NCBI GenBank assembly: GCA_016867495.1
Contig: VGJL01000001.1
Span: 92,153-156,152 of the forward strand
DNA from: Candidatus Eiseniibacteriota bacterium
GTDB lineage: Bacteria; Eisenbacteria; RBG-16-71-46; CAIMUX01; VGJL01
DNA length: 64,000 nucleotides
Direction: 5' to 3'
Below the pieces are notes generated by a model. It did no database searches, had not been told where the DNA came from, and worked only from the letters and a program-made list of their open reading frames with translations. This document shows positions 9,273 to 19,546 of this stretch, in pieces; positions within the stretch are counted from its first letter, which is position 1; each line of letters begins with the position of its first letter. The position numbers and the translations under genes were made by a program.

Positions 9273-12200
9273 ATGAGAGCCCCACGGGCAGTACCTTTCC
9301 CGCTCGCCCGGCCGCGGCCGCTTTCTTCCCTGCGCCGGTCCGCATCGAGGTCGACCTCCTGGGCGCGGGCGCGCATCCCCACCGTCCTCCTTCCCCTGCT
9401 CCTCCTTGGTCGCCTCGATTCGGCCGAGGGTGAGCCCTTCTCGGCGACCGAGGCGGGCGACCTGAACGAGCGCGTCATCTGGACGAACGACCGGCTCACG
9501 ATCCTCACCCCTGCCGCGCTCGTCCGCTTCGAGCCTGTCTCCGAGGCCTGGACGCTCATCGAACCCTCCGATGGCCTTCCCGACCCGCCGTTGCGCGGCT
9601 TCAGCCAGTTCGAGGATCAGTTCTGGATCGCCGGCGAGGGCGCCGCCCTCACGAGTCCTCGCTTTGACGCCTGGCAGACCTTCAAGAGGGGCGACAGCCC
9701 GCCGTGTGCGGGCCTCATCGACATCGAGGCCGACGACGAGTACGCCTTCGCGGGAGGCGAACTCGGCGCAGCCCGCTTCGATCAGTACATCCGCGAGTGG
9801 GAAGTGCTGGCCGGCCCGGACGGGCGGCCCCTCGGTCCCGTGCGGGACCTCGTCGCGGATGACGAGCGGGTCTGGTTCGCGCTCGAAGGCGGCGTCGCCG
9901 AGTATCGCAAGGACACGCAGAGCGTCCGCGTCGACTCGATCCTGGGAGAGTTCCGCTCTCCCGCGGTCCTCGCCATGCGACAGACCACCCGTCATCTCTG
10001 GGCCCTGACGCGCGCGGGCCTCGCGCGCTACGACAAGGAGTTGAGGAGCTGGAGCAGCTACGCCGCCGGGCGCGATCTTCCTGACGCCCGAGTCCACGAG
10101 TGGATTCTCCAAGGCGATGACGTCTGGCTCGGGACCGACGAGGGGCTCTGGCAGTTCCAGAACGCCACCGGCATATGGCGCCGCCATCCGGCAATGGAAG
10201 GGATGCCCGGAGAGAAGGTCGTCGCCTTCGCCCTCGAGCCGGATCGGATCTGGACGGTGACGGATGAGGCCATCGCCCTCTATGAGAACGCGGCGGCGCG
10301 ATGGATCGACTTCACCCCCGTCGTCCCGCTCCCGCGTGAGGAGATCGCCGACATCGCCTTCAGCGGGGGAACCCTCGTTCTGGCGGGACGCCGGGCGGTC
10401 GCTTGCGGCCTCCCGCGCGGGCAGACCAATCCCAGCCTCTATCTCTACGCCGTCCGATCTCTCCCCGAAGGCGACGCGACCCCACCAACGCCAGAGAGGA
10501 GATGGGGCCTGGGTCTCGATGAGCGCGGCGCGACCCTCGAGATGCCAGGGGCGGCGTCCATGCAGCTCGGCGGAGGCGCGACGATCTTCATCGAGGATGA
10601 CGACTACGCTCCCGCGGGCGCGAAGGGGATCGAGAGGCTGACCACAGAGGAACGCCTGGACCTCTCCCTGAGCGGACGCTTCGGGCGGGAGCGGACGCTC
10701 ACCGGCCGCTATGACACGACCGATCCCGAGAATCCCGCCTATCAGCTCACCTACAGAGGCTCGCGCGACGACAACCTCCGAACCGCGAGCGTCGGCGAGA
10801 TCGAGCAGGAGATTTACAACTCGCGCTTGACGCCCGGCACGGGTCTGCGGGGCGGATCTCTGAGGCTCGAGGCGGGACCCCGCTCGACCGAGAGGAAGCG
10901 CCGCTTGGTGACCGCCGACGCCTGGGCCGGCGAGCGAAGAACCCGGCCGGGACGCGATGTCTTCTACGGAGGCAACCGCTCCGTGACCTCCCGATTGCGG
11001 GATGTCGACTACCTGCGCCGGCGGGTCTATGCCCTGCCCGACTTGTGGACGGATCGCGATCTTGCAGGCGCTCGGCTCTACAAGGACGACAACGATCCAG
11101 AGACCGATGGGGTCAACACGGAGGTTCGGGAGCTTGCCGGGATCCCCGGGGCCTGGGATCTCATGGAGCCGATCCGGGACTACTCCTACGAGAGCGACCA
11201 TCGGAGGCTTCTGCTGGCCGTCTCCCTTGGAGACGACGACCGGCTGGTCCTGGTCCGGACAGCGCCGGATCCCCCCACGCCGGCCGATCGACTCGAGTCC
11301 ACGGTCGCCTTCGAGCCCCGCGTCTCGGAGATGGACCTGACCGGCCGTTCGCTGAGGAATGTCTACTCGATCGGGGTGGAGATCATCCCGGGATCTCTCT
11401 CCGCCGCCATCCTCGACTCGACAGGCTCCGATACCGACTCCGAGGGAACTCCCCATCTTCGGCTCTTCGGGCTGGACAGCGAAGGCGACGGCGAGGTCGA
11501 CCGCGACCGGCTGAGCCTTCTCTCCGGCCTCCTCGCCTTTCCGGACTCGCTCCCCTTCCCCGCGGAGGTCTATGCAGACCCCCCGCGGTCGGCCTACACC
11601 CTGAGCCTCGCGTACGAGACGCGCCTAAGCGCGTTCCGGCTGACTCACTCCAACGTGGTCCCTGGCTCGGAGCGGATCACCCTCGATCGAGAGCCTCTGA
11701 GGGCTGATGTCGACTACAGCATCATCCCCTCCTCCGGCCTCTTCGTCTTCTTCGAAGGGATCGTCCTCGAGGACGATTCCGTGATCGAGGTCGAGTACGA
11801 CTACGAGGTCGCGGAGGAGTCGGCCGATCTCGAAACCGAGACTGTCGTGTCCGGGCAGGTCGGCCTCGCCCCCGGGGATCTCGCCTTCGCGGGGCTGAGC
11901 GCGACGCGCTGGACCGACGAGAAAGGCGCCGTGACCGCGATCACGGGGATCAACAGCCGCATCGAAACGAAGGGGGACGACTCCTTCCTGCGGCTCTCTC
12001 CGGAAGCGGCCTGGTCGCGGGCGATCGCGCGGGCGGATGATGGGACCGGCGCCGGCGGGTCGCCGGCCGGGCGCGATGGATGGGCGGCCGGCGCGAGCCT
12101 CCAAGCCAGGCGCGGTTCGATCGAGATCACGGGGAGTCACCGGCGTCTTGGAGAGCGATTCACATCGTTCGAGGACCGCCGCACACTCCTCGGCAGGCTT

Positions 12201-13652
12201 CGGGACGAGTCGGAGGCGGCTGCCCGATGGAGCCCGAGCGCCCGCCTGCAGACCGAGGTCAACTGGGCGCGCGCGCGCTCGGATTCCGCCGAGGGGGCGG
12301 GACTCGAGTTGGGGGGTCGCGAGTCCTCTTTCACCGGCAAGGTCAGACTCCTCCGAAGCGGCCTGCCCAACCTGGAGATCCGGCGCGGCCGCGTCAGGCT
12401 GGACACGCCCCGCGGCGAGCAAGAGAAGTGGATCACGCGCGCGGAGGTGGAGATCAGCCCGGAGCAGGCGGGCGTCCGTCCCCGCTTCCTCCGCCGTGTC
12501 TGGCTCCGGTCCTTCTTCCAGCGCAGCGAACGACGAGGCGAGATCCTGAGTCCCGGGAGCCAGGCCGCTTCCCGCGACTCCCTGCCGAGGGATGAGATCG
12601 CCGACACGTTCTTCGCGCGCCTCAACGGATCGACCGGGAATCCCGTCTCGTGGAACGTCGCCTTCGAAGCGCGGCGATCCTCCCTTCCCCGGCCAGGAAT
12701 GGACACGACGCAGGACCAGCGCCAGAGCCTCGACGCCACCCTACAGTCGCAGGCGCACCCGAGCCTGGATCTCCTCCTTCGGATGGAGTCCGAGCGGGAG
12801 TTGTTCGCCGACAGCGGCGGCGAGGATCTCGGCCACCAGACCCGCAGGACGTTCTCCGGAAGCGGGCTGATCTACCCCGGAAGGATCAGCCGGCGCCTCA
12901 CCCCCCTCTCCTTCCGAGTGGAGGTGGGAGGAGATGAGACAGGCCGAGGGGAGGCCGGCGATCGACGACCCGGCGCCGAGTTCCTCTGGGGCGCCTCATG
13001 GAAGCCCCGGCGTCTCCTTGTGGAGCGCCGAGCGACGATGGAGAGTCGACTGCAGGTCTTCTCCTGGTTGCGCTGGATCGAGCGCCTGGAACACCGTTCG
13101 GAGTCGGAGGAGCGCGAACCCCTCAGATCCGCCGGCGTCACCCGTTTGATCGAGACGAGGATGGAAGCGAAGCCCAGCGCCGGTCTTCTCACCCTCCGGG
13201 CGATCCTCGAGCGGAGCGAGCGCGGCGAGCAGGAGGAGAGCCGCCGCTTCGTCGGCCAATGGGACCAAGGGTGGGGCCGCGGGTTTCTCACCTATCTCGC
13301 GCTCGAAGGCCGGCATGAGAAGATGAACGAGAGAAACCTGCGCGCGCAGATCCGCGACTGGACGCCGGAAGCCCGCCTCTCCTGGCGGCGTTCGCGGTGG
13401 CAGACCGACGCCTCGATCGGGGTCTCCCTCAACTGGAACAGATCCGAGGATGCCTCCCTTGGGGCGGCCTCAAAGGCTGAGACGAAGAGGCGGGCCGGCC
13501 TCACGACATCGCTGAGCGTGCAACCGGTCAAGATCCTCACGCTGAAGCTGAGGCACCTCTATTCGTTCACCAAGATGCCCGCAGCCGAAGCGGGGAGCTT
13601 CGCCCGCGATGAGGATCATGACTTCCGAGTCACGGTTCTCCTGCGCTCCTAG
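9273..13652 (+). CDS. Large secreted/outer-membrane-associated protein (1459 aa) with N-terminal beta-propeller-like W-containing repeats
   Basis: Strong GC3 codon bias on this strand and an N-terminal signal-like segment. About eight repeats of 40-50 aa with conserved W/Y...D/E..G resemble two-component-regulator propeller/Y_Y_Y repeats. The C-terminal 1000 aa are rich in beta-strand-like alternating patterns. Confidence 0.6.
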   Translation: MRAPRAVPFPLARPRPLSSLRRSASRSTSWARARIPTVLLPLLLLGRLDSAEGEPFSATEAGDLNERVIWTNDRLTILTPAALVRFEPVSEAWTLIEPSDGLPDPPLRGFSQFEDQFWIAGEGAALTSPRFDAWQTFKRGDSPPCAGLIDIEADDEYAFAGGELGAARFDQYIREWEVLAGPDGRPLGPVRDLVADDERVWFALEGGVAEYRKDTQSVRVDSILGEFRSPAVLAMRQTTRHLWALTRAGLARYDKELRSWSSYAAGRDLPDARVHEWILQGDDVWLGTDEGLWQFQNATGIWRRHPAMEGMPGEKVVAFALEPDRIWTVTDEAIALYENAAARWIDFTPVVPLPREEIADIAFSGGTLVLAGRRAVACGLPRGQTNPSLYLYAVRSLPEGDATPPTPERRWGLGLDERGATLEMPGAASMQLGGGATIFIEDDDYAPAGAKGIERLTTEERLDLSLSGRFGRERTLTGRYDTTDPENPAYQLTYRGSRDDNLRTASVGEIEQEIYNSRLTPGTGLRGGSLRLEAGPRSTERKRRLVTADAWAGERRTRPGRDVFYGGNRSVTSRLRDVDYLRRRVYALPDLWTDRDLAGARLYKDDNDPETDGVNTEVRELAGIPGAWDLMEPIRDYSYESDHRRLLLAVSLGDDDRLVLVRTAPDPPTPADRLESTVAFEPRVSEMDLTGRSLRNVYSIGVEIIPGSLSAAILDSTGSDTDSEGTPHLRLFGLDSEGDGEVDRDRLSLLSGLLAFPDSLPFPAEVYADPPRSAYTLSLAYETRLSAFRLTHSNVVPGSERITLDREPLRADVDYSIIPSSGLFVFFEGIVLEDDSVIEVEYDYEVAEESADLETETVVSGQVGLAPGDLAFAGLSATRWTDEKGAVTAITGINSRIETKGDDSFLRLSPEAAWSRAIARADDGTGAGGSPAGRDGWAAGASLQARRGSIEITGSHRRLGERFTSFEDRRTLLGRLRDESEAAARWSPSARLQTEVNWARARSDSAEGAGLELGGRESSFTGKVRLLRSGLPNLEIRRGRVRLDTPRGEQEKWITRAEVEISPEQAGVRPRFLRRVWLRSFFQRSERRGEILSPGSQAASRDSLPRDEIADTFFARLNGSTGNPVSWNVAFEARRSSLPRPGMDTTQDQRQSLDATLQSQAHPSLDLLLRMESERELFADSGGEDLGHQTRRTFSGSGLIYPGRISRRLTPLSFRVEVGGDETGRGEAGDRRPGAEFLWGASWKPRRLLVERRATMESRLQVFSWLRWIERLEHRSESEEREPLRSAGVTRLIETRMEAKPSAGLLTLRAILERSERGEQEESRRFVGQWDQGWGRGFLTYLALEGRHEKMNERNLRAQIRDWTPEARLSWRRSRWQTDASIGVSLNWNRSEDASLGAASKAETKRRAGLTTSLSVQPVKILTLKLRHLYSFTKMPAAEAGSFARDEDHDFRVTVLLRS

Positions 13653-13677
13653 GGCGGCATGACCGCATCCGGGAGGC

Positions 13678-14913
13678 CTAGTTCGTCATCGCCTCAAGGT
13701 AGTCGACGAGAGTGCGCGCGCGGGCAGACTCCAGCTGCGCGGGGCTGATCGTCCCGGTCTCGAGAAACCGGGTCCACGCGATCGATGTGGCCCGCACAGC
13801 CTCCCCCGCCGCCTCGAAGCCGGCCAACGGCGCGGCGACAGTCCAGAAGAAGTCGGTCCCCCAGAAACAGAGCCCCGGCCGGGAGATCTCGGCCTCCTGC
13901 CCGAAGGGGCACCCCGCGGGCGCCGCCACGCGGGCCACGCCGCCCATCTCCTCGTCGGCGAGGGTCGTCTTGGCCATGATGACGCACCGCCACGGCTTCA
14001 GAGGGATCTCGTCGTGGAGAAGAGAGGGGTCGAAGGGGATCCATGATCCGTCTTCGAAGTATTCCACCACGCGGTGCATCTCCAGGCGCTGCGAGTTGAT
14101 CGGCACCACGGCCAGGGATCGACAGGGCGCGCCCCTCTCTCGCATGAGGGCGCAGGCCAGGTTCGCGTTCGCCGTGCATATCGTCTTCTCCCCGCTCCTC
14201 AGGACGGCGAGCGCATCCAGGGTTCGCGGCGCCTCCCTCCGCGCCATCCCCTGGATGAAGCGCTGGATGCTCGCGGCATAGTCCCGCAACGCTCCGTCGC
14301 GCGGGTAGAGGCGCTCCGCCAGCTCCTCGACCTCTCCTGCGTCGGACTGCGCGCACGCCGTCGAGGCGAGATACTCCTCCGGCCGCGTTCCGTTCTCGCT
14401 CGGCTCGCGATCGACGATCAGGATGACGCCCGACCAGTCGATCGCGATCTCGCGCTCCCGAACGCCGTTCAACCCGACGTTCACGAAGACGTTGCCGTCG
14501 CTCCGCTGCTGGAGGAGGGAGGCGACCAGCGCCTCCGGGGGCGTGACCGACAGGGAATAGCAGACAGGGATCTGGCGGCCGGTCATCTGCGGAACGGGAA
14601 TCAAGACATCGTAGCGACCCGAGGCGTGGGCCTTCAGGCGGACACCGCCCAGGACCCCCGCGAGGCCGGGCCCCTGCTGGGCCCTTGGGGGGATCGCGGA
14701 GGCGGCTGCCTCGATCGACGCGCGTATCGCCGAGGCCTCCGCCGTCTCCACCGTAGCCAGGGCCACGCCGGACGAGACATCCCACGCCGGCTTCCCACGA
14801 CCGCAACCCGCCAGCAGGATGAACAGCCCTGCCGCGCATGCGGGCAGGGCGCCCGCCCGGAACAGAGGAGATCGCCCGCGCCGTCTTGCCGGTCCCCCGG
14901 CGATCGATCTCAT
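13678..14913 (-). CDS. Transglutaminase-like superfamily lipoprotein (putative cysteine protease fold)
   Basis: Lipobox LLAGCG. A Cys...His...Asp arrangement (ICTANANLACALMRERG...EMHRVVEYFEDGSWIPFDPS) is typical of the transglutaminase-like core. The start was chosen at the Met preceding the signal peptide. Confidence 0.55.
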   Translation of the reverse strand: MRSIAGGPARRRGRSPLFRAGALPACAAGLFILLAGCGRGKPAWDVSSGVALATVETAEASAIRASIEAAASAIPPRAQQGPGLAGVLGGVRLKAHASGRYDVLIPVPQMTGRQIPVCYSLSVTPPEALVASLLQQRSDGNVFVNVGLNGVREREIAIDWSGVILIVDREPSENGTRPEEYLASTACAQSDAGEVEELAERLYPRDGALRDYAASIQRFIQGMARREAPRTLDALAVLRSGEKTICTANANLACALMRERGAPCRSLAVVPINSQRLEMHRVVEYFEDGSWIPFDPSLLHDEIPLKPWRCVIMAKTTLADEEMGGVARVAAPAGCPFGQEAEISRPGLCFWGTDFFWTVAAPLAGFEAAGEAVRATSIAWTRFLETGTISPAQLESARARTLVDYLEAMTN

Positions 14914-14971
14914 CGGGGAGCGACCTCGCGACCCGTCTCGCGAGCTGCCGCCGGCCCCTGTCACCATCGCC

Positions 14972-15772
14972 TCACTCGTTCGCGCCTTCCCCCGCTATGC
15001 GGGACCAGCGTGGCCGCCTGCGCTCCAGGAAGGCGTTCACTCCTTCCCGCGCCTCGTCGCTCTCGCGCATCCGGGCGATCCAGTCGGCCGTCCTCTCGTG
15101 GATGTCCGGAGGAAACGGGTGCAGAGCCTGAAGGAGCTGCTTGGCCTCTCTCTGGGCCGTCGGCGCACCGGAGAGCAACTCGGAGATCAGCCGCTCCGCC
15201 ATCGCGTCCAGTCCCTCCGGATCAGCGACCGAGGCGATCAATCCAACCCGCAGGGCCTCCTCCGCCGTGAAGCGTTCGCCCGTCAGAAAGTAGCGCTGCG
15301 CGTCCGCCGGCCTCAGCTTCTTCAGAACGAAGGGAGAGATCACTACAGGGATGATCCCCAGCCGCACCTCGGTGAACCCGAAGAAGGCGTCGCGCGCCGC
15401 GACCGCGATATCCGCGACCGCGACCAGCCCCATACCCCCGCCCAGGGCCCCTCCGCGGATTCGGGCGACGATCGGGGCGGGACAACTCGCGACCGACACA
15501 AACATCGCGGCGAGCCTGCGCGCATCGTCCAGGTTCTCTCTTCGCGTGAACTGCGCCGCCCTGCGCATCCACTCGAGGTCGGCGCCCGCGCAGAAGAACT
15601 CCCCTTCCCCCTCGAGACTCACGACGCGTGTCCGAGGTGCGGCTGCGACGGAAACGAAGGCCTCCGTCAGCTCGGCGATCATCCGCTCGTCGAAGGCGTT
15701 CCTGCGCTCCGGCCGGTTGAGCCTGATGCGCAGGATCGGAGGCTCCTCGCGAATCTCGATCGTCGCCGCCAT
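14972..15772 (-). CDS. Enoyl-CoA hydratase/isomerase (crotonase) family protein
   Basis: Crotonase fold motifs (NRPERRNAF, FCAGADL) and the expected length (266 aa). Confidence 0.8.
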   Translation of the reverse strand: MAATIEIREEPPILRIRLNRPERRNAFDERMIAELTEAFVSVAAAPRTRVVSLEGEGEFFCAGADLEWMRRAAQFTRRENLDDARRLAAMFVSVASCPAPIVARIRGGALGGGMGLVAVADIAVAARDAFFGFTEVRLGIIPVVISPFVLKKLRPADAQRYFLTGERFTAEEALRVGLIASVADPEGLDAMAERLISELLSGAPTAQREAKQLLQALHPFPPDIHERTADWIARMRESDEAREGVNAFLERRRPRWSRIAGEGANE

Positions 15773-15850
15773 AGTCCCCTCCTCGAGCGAACTCGCCCAA
15801 TCCTATGCATGCCTGCGGCGCAGCCGCGAGGTCTCACTGCCGGAATCGAC

Positions 15851-17257
15851 TCAGCTCCCGCGCTGCGTGAAGACCGCGCGGACCGTCATGAGGAGAATCC
15901 TCAGATCGAGCCAGAGCGACCAGTTCTCCATGTAGTAGAGATCGTAGCGGGTCCGCTCCTCGATCGGGACGTTGCCCCTCAGGCCGTTCACCTGCGCCCA
16001 GCCCGTCAGCCCCGACTTCACCCTGTGGCGGCCGTAGTAGTCGGGCACCTCCGCCTGAAAGCGCGAGACGAAGTGCGGACGCTCAGGGCGAGGCCCGACG
16101 AGGCTCATGTCCCCGCGGAAGACGTTCCAGAGCTGTGGCAGCTCATCGAGGCTCCAGGTCCGAATGAACCTGCCCACGCGCGTCCGCCGCGGATCCTCGT
16201 CCTCGGCCCAGACCGGCCCGCTCTCGGTCTCGGCCCCCATCCTCATCGAACGGAACTTGAGGATGTGAAAGACACGCCGATCCCTCCCCATCCGCTCCTG
16301 CCGGTAGAGGACGGGACCCGGAGAATCGATCCGGATGGCGAGCGAGCATGCGAGGAGCAAGGGCCAGAGCAACAGCAGGAGCGTCCCGGAGAGAGCGATG
16401 TCCATCGTCCTCTTGAGCACTCCCCCCCATCCGGCCAAGGGGATCTTCCTGCCTCGCACGACGGGGAGTCCCGCGATCTCCTCGACCTGGATCCCGCCCC
16501 TGAACGGAAAGCCGATGGAGGGAACGATGTCGAAGTCGAGATCCTCCTCCCGGCATAGCCCCGCGATGCGCTCGAGAAGCTCCTCGCGGGATGGAGGCAG
16601 CGCGATCAGGATCCGATCGAGTCGGGCTCTTCGCGCAACCTCTCCCACCTGGCCGCAGGGGCCTAGATCGGCAACCCCTTCCGGCGCAGCAGGATCGGAC
16701 GATTCCCTGAAGATTCCGATGAACTCGTGCGGGATCACGCCGGCGCGGGGCAGCGCGCGAGCGAGCGCGAGCCCCTCCGCCGAGGAACCCACGAGGGCGA
16801 ATCGGATCGGCGGGACGGCGCCGGCTCCGACGAGCGCCCGAAGGAAAAGCCTCCGCAGTCCCCGCAGCAGGAAGAGGGTGATGAGCCAGATCAACGGAGC
16901 GGCGATCCGCGAGAAGCTCGCCTCCCGGTAGAAGAAGGCGACGGCCGCGCTCATCAACATGCCCAGCCCCGAAGCGCGCGCCAGGACCGGCGTCCTGAGC
17001 CCCCTCCGCGTTCCCTCGGCGCGATAGAGCCCCAGAGCGTGGAAGAGGACGATCCAGAGAACGGCGGCGGCGAGACCCGCGATCAGATAGAGGCGCAGCG
17101 GAGGGATGTCGGGTTTCGGGGGAAGGATCTGCGTCACCGGCCCGGAGAATCGGATCGTGTGCCCGAGGACGAAGCCCCCGACAACCGAGAGGAAGTCGGC
17201 CACATGCCAGATCGCCTGGATCCGGACGACCCGCTTGCGGCGATCGACCTGACCCAT
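15851..17257 (-). CDS. Exopolysaccharide/O-antigen polyprenyl-phosphate hexose-1-phosphate transferase (WbaP/WcaJ-like sugar transferase)
   Basis: C-terminal bacterial sugar transferase domain ([29 protein letters not shown]) and N-terminal transmembrane helices. The 756-aa track ORF was trimmed to the Met (MGQVDRRK) that abuts the upstream GT4 gene stop. Confidence 0.8.
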   Translation of the reverse strand: MGQVDRRKRVVRIQAIWHVADFLSVVGGFVLGHTIRFSGPVTQILPPKPDIPPLRLYLIAGLAAAVLWIVLFHALGLYRAEGTRRGLRTPVLARASGLGMLMSAAVAFFYREASFSRIAAPLIWLITLFLLRGLRRLFLRALVGAGAVPPIRFALVGSSAEGLALARALPRAGVIPHEFIGIFRESSDPAAPEGVADLGPCGQVGEVARRARLDRILIALPPSREELLERIAGLCREEDLDFDIVPSIGFPFRGGIQVEEIAGLPVVRGRKIPLAGWGGVLKRTMDIALSGTLLLLLWPLLLACSLAIRIDSPGPVLYRQERMGRDRRVFHILKFRSMRMGAETESGPVWAEDEDPRRTRVGRFIRTWSLDELPQLWNVFRGDMSLVGPRPERPHFVSRFQAEVPDYYGRHRVKSGLTGWAQVNGLRGNVPIEERTRYDLYYMENWSLWLDLRILLMTVRAVFTQRGS

Positions 17258-17262
17258 GGCCC

Positions 17263-18372
17263 TCAGGACCGTCCTGCCGCGCCGACGCCCTCGTCCGCCA
17301 GCCAGGCGTCGACTTCCGCCTCGAACCTCTCGCGACCGAACCGGAGCGCGTGAGTCCGGATCGCCTCTGCGTTCCATCGGATCGTCGCGGCGCGCGCGAG
17401 CGCGCCCCGCAGCGCCTCCGGACTCGGCTCGTCGAAGAAGAGACCGGTCACGCCATCCACGACCGTCTCGAGCGCGCCGCCTCGGCGCAGAGCGATGACC
17501 GGCTTTCCGCAGGCCATCGCCTCGACCGGCACGATCCCGAAGTCCTCCTCGCCGGGGAAGATGAGGCGGCGGCACTCCTGCACCAGCCGGACCGTAGCAT
17601 CGGGGTCGAGCCAGCCGAGGAACCGCACATTCTCGGGCGCCATGCGGATCAGGCGTTCCCGCTCGATGCCGCTGCCGGCGATGACAAGCTCCGTTTCGAG
17701 TCCGCGGTAGGCCTCGAGCGCCACGTCGATCCGCTTGTAGGGAACCAGCGCCGAGAGGATCAGATCGTAGCTCCCCCCCCCGCCCCCGGAGGGCGGCCGG
17801 AAGCGGCCTGTGTCGACCCAGGGATGGATCACGCGAGCCTCCCGGGCATACCAGCGTCGGATCCGGGCGGCCACATGCGCGCTGTTGGCGGCAAAGGAAT
17901 CGACCCTCGTGCAGCTCGATACATCCCAGGTGCGCAGCCAGGTCGCCACGATCGGCATCAGCCACGAGGCCGGAGCCCCGAGTCTCCCTTCCCCGAAGTA
18001 CTCCTCGTACGCCGGCCACACGTAGCGCATCGGCGTGTGGCAGTAGCAGAGGTGCTTCGTCCCAGGATGGACCCGCGCCCCTTTCGCGACGCAATGGCTT
18101 GTCGAGAGGACAAGATCGCATCCGCGCAGGTCGAAGCGCTCGATAGCCGAGGGGAGCAGCGGCAGGTAGCGCTGATAGGAGCGCGCCCCGCCCGGCAGCC
18201 TCTGGACGAAGGATGTGTGGATCGGGTGCTTCTCGATCGAGGGGCTCACGGAGCCGGGCCTGTGCACGATCGTGTAGACGGGGGCTTCGGGAAAGCGCTC
18301 GCAGAGGGCCTCGAGGACCTTCTCCCCACCCCTCATGCCTGTCAGCCAGTCATGCACCAGCGCGACGCGCAC
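17263..18372 (-). CDS. Glycosyltransferase family 4 (GT-B) protein
   Basis: N-terminal MRVALVHDWLTGMRGGEKV and the C-terminal EEDFGIVPVEAMACGKPVIA motif typical of GT4 enzymes. Confidence 0.8.
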   Translation of the reverse strand: MRVALVHDWLTGMRGGEKVLEALCERFPEAPVYTIVHRPGSVSPSIEKHPIHTSFVQRLPGGARSYQRYLPLLPSAIERFDLRGCDLVLSTSHCVAKGARVHPGTKHLCYCHTPMRYVWPAYEEYFGEGRLGAPASWLMPIVATWLRTWDVSSCTRVDSFAANSAHVAARIRRWYAREARVIHPWVDTGRFRPPSGGGGGSYDLILSALVPYKRIDVALEAYRGLETELVIAGSGIERERLIRMAPENVRFLGWLDPDATVRLVQECRRLIFPGEEDFGIVPVEAMACGKPVIALRRGGALETVVDGVTGLFFDEPSPEALRGALARAATIRWNAEAIRTHALRFGRERFEAEVDAWLADEGVGAAGRS

Positions 18373-18399
18373 GATTCCCTCGATGCCGTATCCGAAGGA

Positions 18400-19542
18400 C
18401 TAGGCCGCCTCGAGCAGAGCCGCGATCACGCGGTTCGACACGAAGAGGCCTCTTTGCCCCAGCCTCAGCCGCTCCCCATCATCCTCCACGAGTCCGGCCT
18501 CCGTAAAGGCGCCGATCTTCCCCTTGAGCGCCCCCGCCCACGCATGACCGAACTCGCGCGCCAGATCCCTCCACGCGAGCCCGTCTCGCAATCTGAGGCC
18601 GAGCAGGAGCCTCTCATCTGCCCGACGCTTCGCGTCGACGGCCTCCTCCTCCCGCGGGGGCAGCCGCCCCGCCTCGAGCGACAGGAGGTAGGTCCCCAGA
18701 TCGGCGCTGTTGGCAGCGCGCACTCCGTTCAGGTGCCCGTGCGCGGCCGGGCCGAGACCCAGGTAGTCTCCGCCCGACCAGACGCCCTCGTTGTGACGGC
18801 ACCTGAATCCCGGGCGCGCCCAGTTGGAAATCTCGTAGTGCTCGTATCCCGCTTCCTCGAGCACGAGACAGGCCGCGTCGTACTGGCGGCGCTGAGCGGC
18901 GTCCGAAGGCAGCCTCAGCGCTCCCTCCTTCACTGGCCGCTCCATGGCGACTCCGGGCTCGAGCGTGAGCAGATAGCAGGAGAGATGCTCCGGGCCGAGA
19001 GAGACTGCGGTCTCGAGGCTCCGGCGGAAGCCGCGCCCGCCGTCCGATCCCGGGAGGCCATAGATCAGATCGATGCTCAGATTGCGAAAACCGGCGCGCC
19101 TGGCATCGGCGATCGCCGCCTTCGCGCGCCCGGCGTCGTGCAGCCGCCCCAGGAGGGCAAGCTCGGCGTCGCCGAACGACTGGATGCCCAGGCTCAGCCT
19201 GTTGAACCCGCTCTCCAGAGCCGTTTCGAGAAAGGGGGCGGTCGCCGAGTCGGGGTTTGCCTCAAGGGTCCACTCGGCATTCGCCGCGATCGGCGCGCGC
19301 TCCCTGATCCCCCGCGCCAGGGCGGTCAGCCGCCTGGGACCCAGCGCCGACGGCGTCCCTCCCCCGAGGAACACGCTGTCGAACGCGCCGCCCGTCCATG
19401 ACGGCAGGCGCATCTCCGCCTCCCGGACGATCGCGCGGACGGCCCGGTCCTTGGTCGCGTCGCCCGCGACCTCCGCGTAGAAATCGCAATACGGGCACCG
19501 CCGGGCGCAGAACGGAACGTGGATGTAGAGACCGGGCCCCAT
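18400..19542 (-). CDS. hemW: Radical SAM heme chaperone HemW (HemN-like, oxygen-independent coproporphyrinogen oxidase-like)
   Basis: CxxxCxxC radical SAM motif (FCARRCPYCDF), HemN-like core and C-terminal HemN_C-like region. 380 aa. Confidence 0.8.
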   Translation of the reverse strand: MGPGLYIHVPFCARRCPYCDFYAEVAGDATKDRAVRAIVREAEMRLPSWTGGAFDSVFLGGGTPSALGPRRLTALARGIRERAPIAANAEWTLEANPDSATAPFLETALESGFNRLSLGIQSFGDAELALLGRLHDAGRAKAAIADARRAGFRNLSIDLIYGLPGSDGGRGFRRSLETAVSLGPEHLSCYLLTLEPGVAMERPVKEGALRLPSDAAQRRQYDAACLVLEEAGYEHYEISNWARPGFRCRHNEGVWSGGDYLGLGPAAHGHLNGVRAANSADLGTYLLSLEAGRLPPREEEAVDAKRRADERLLLGLRLRDGLAWRDLAREFGHAWAGALKGKIGAFTEAGLVEDDGERLRLGQRGLFVSNRVIAALLEAA

Positions 19543-19546
19543 CGCC

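Noticed and set aside
15851..18121. 756-aa ORF fusing the sugar transferase with upstream sequence
   Set aside because: The N-terminal 290 aa are Arg/Gly-rich nonsense and overlap the well-supported GT4 gene in another frame. The real start is the Met at 17257.
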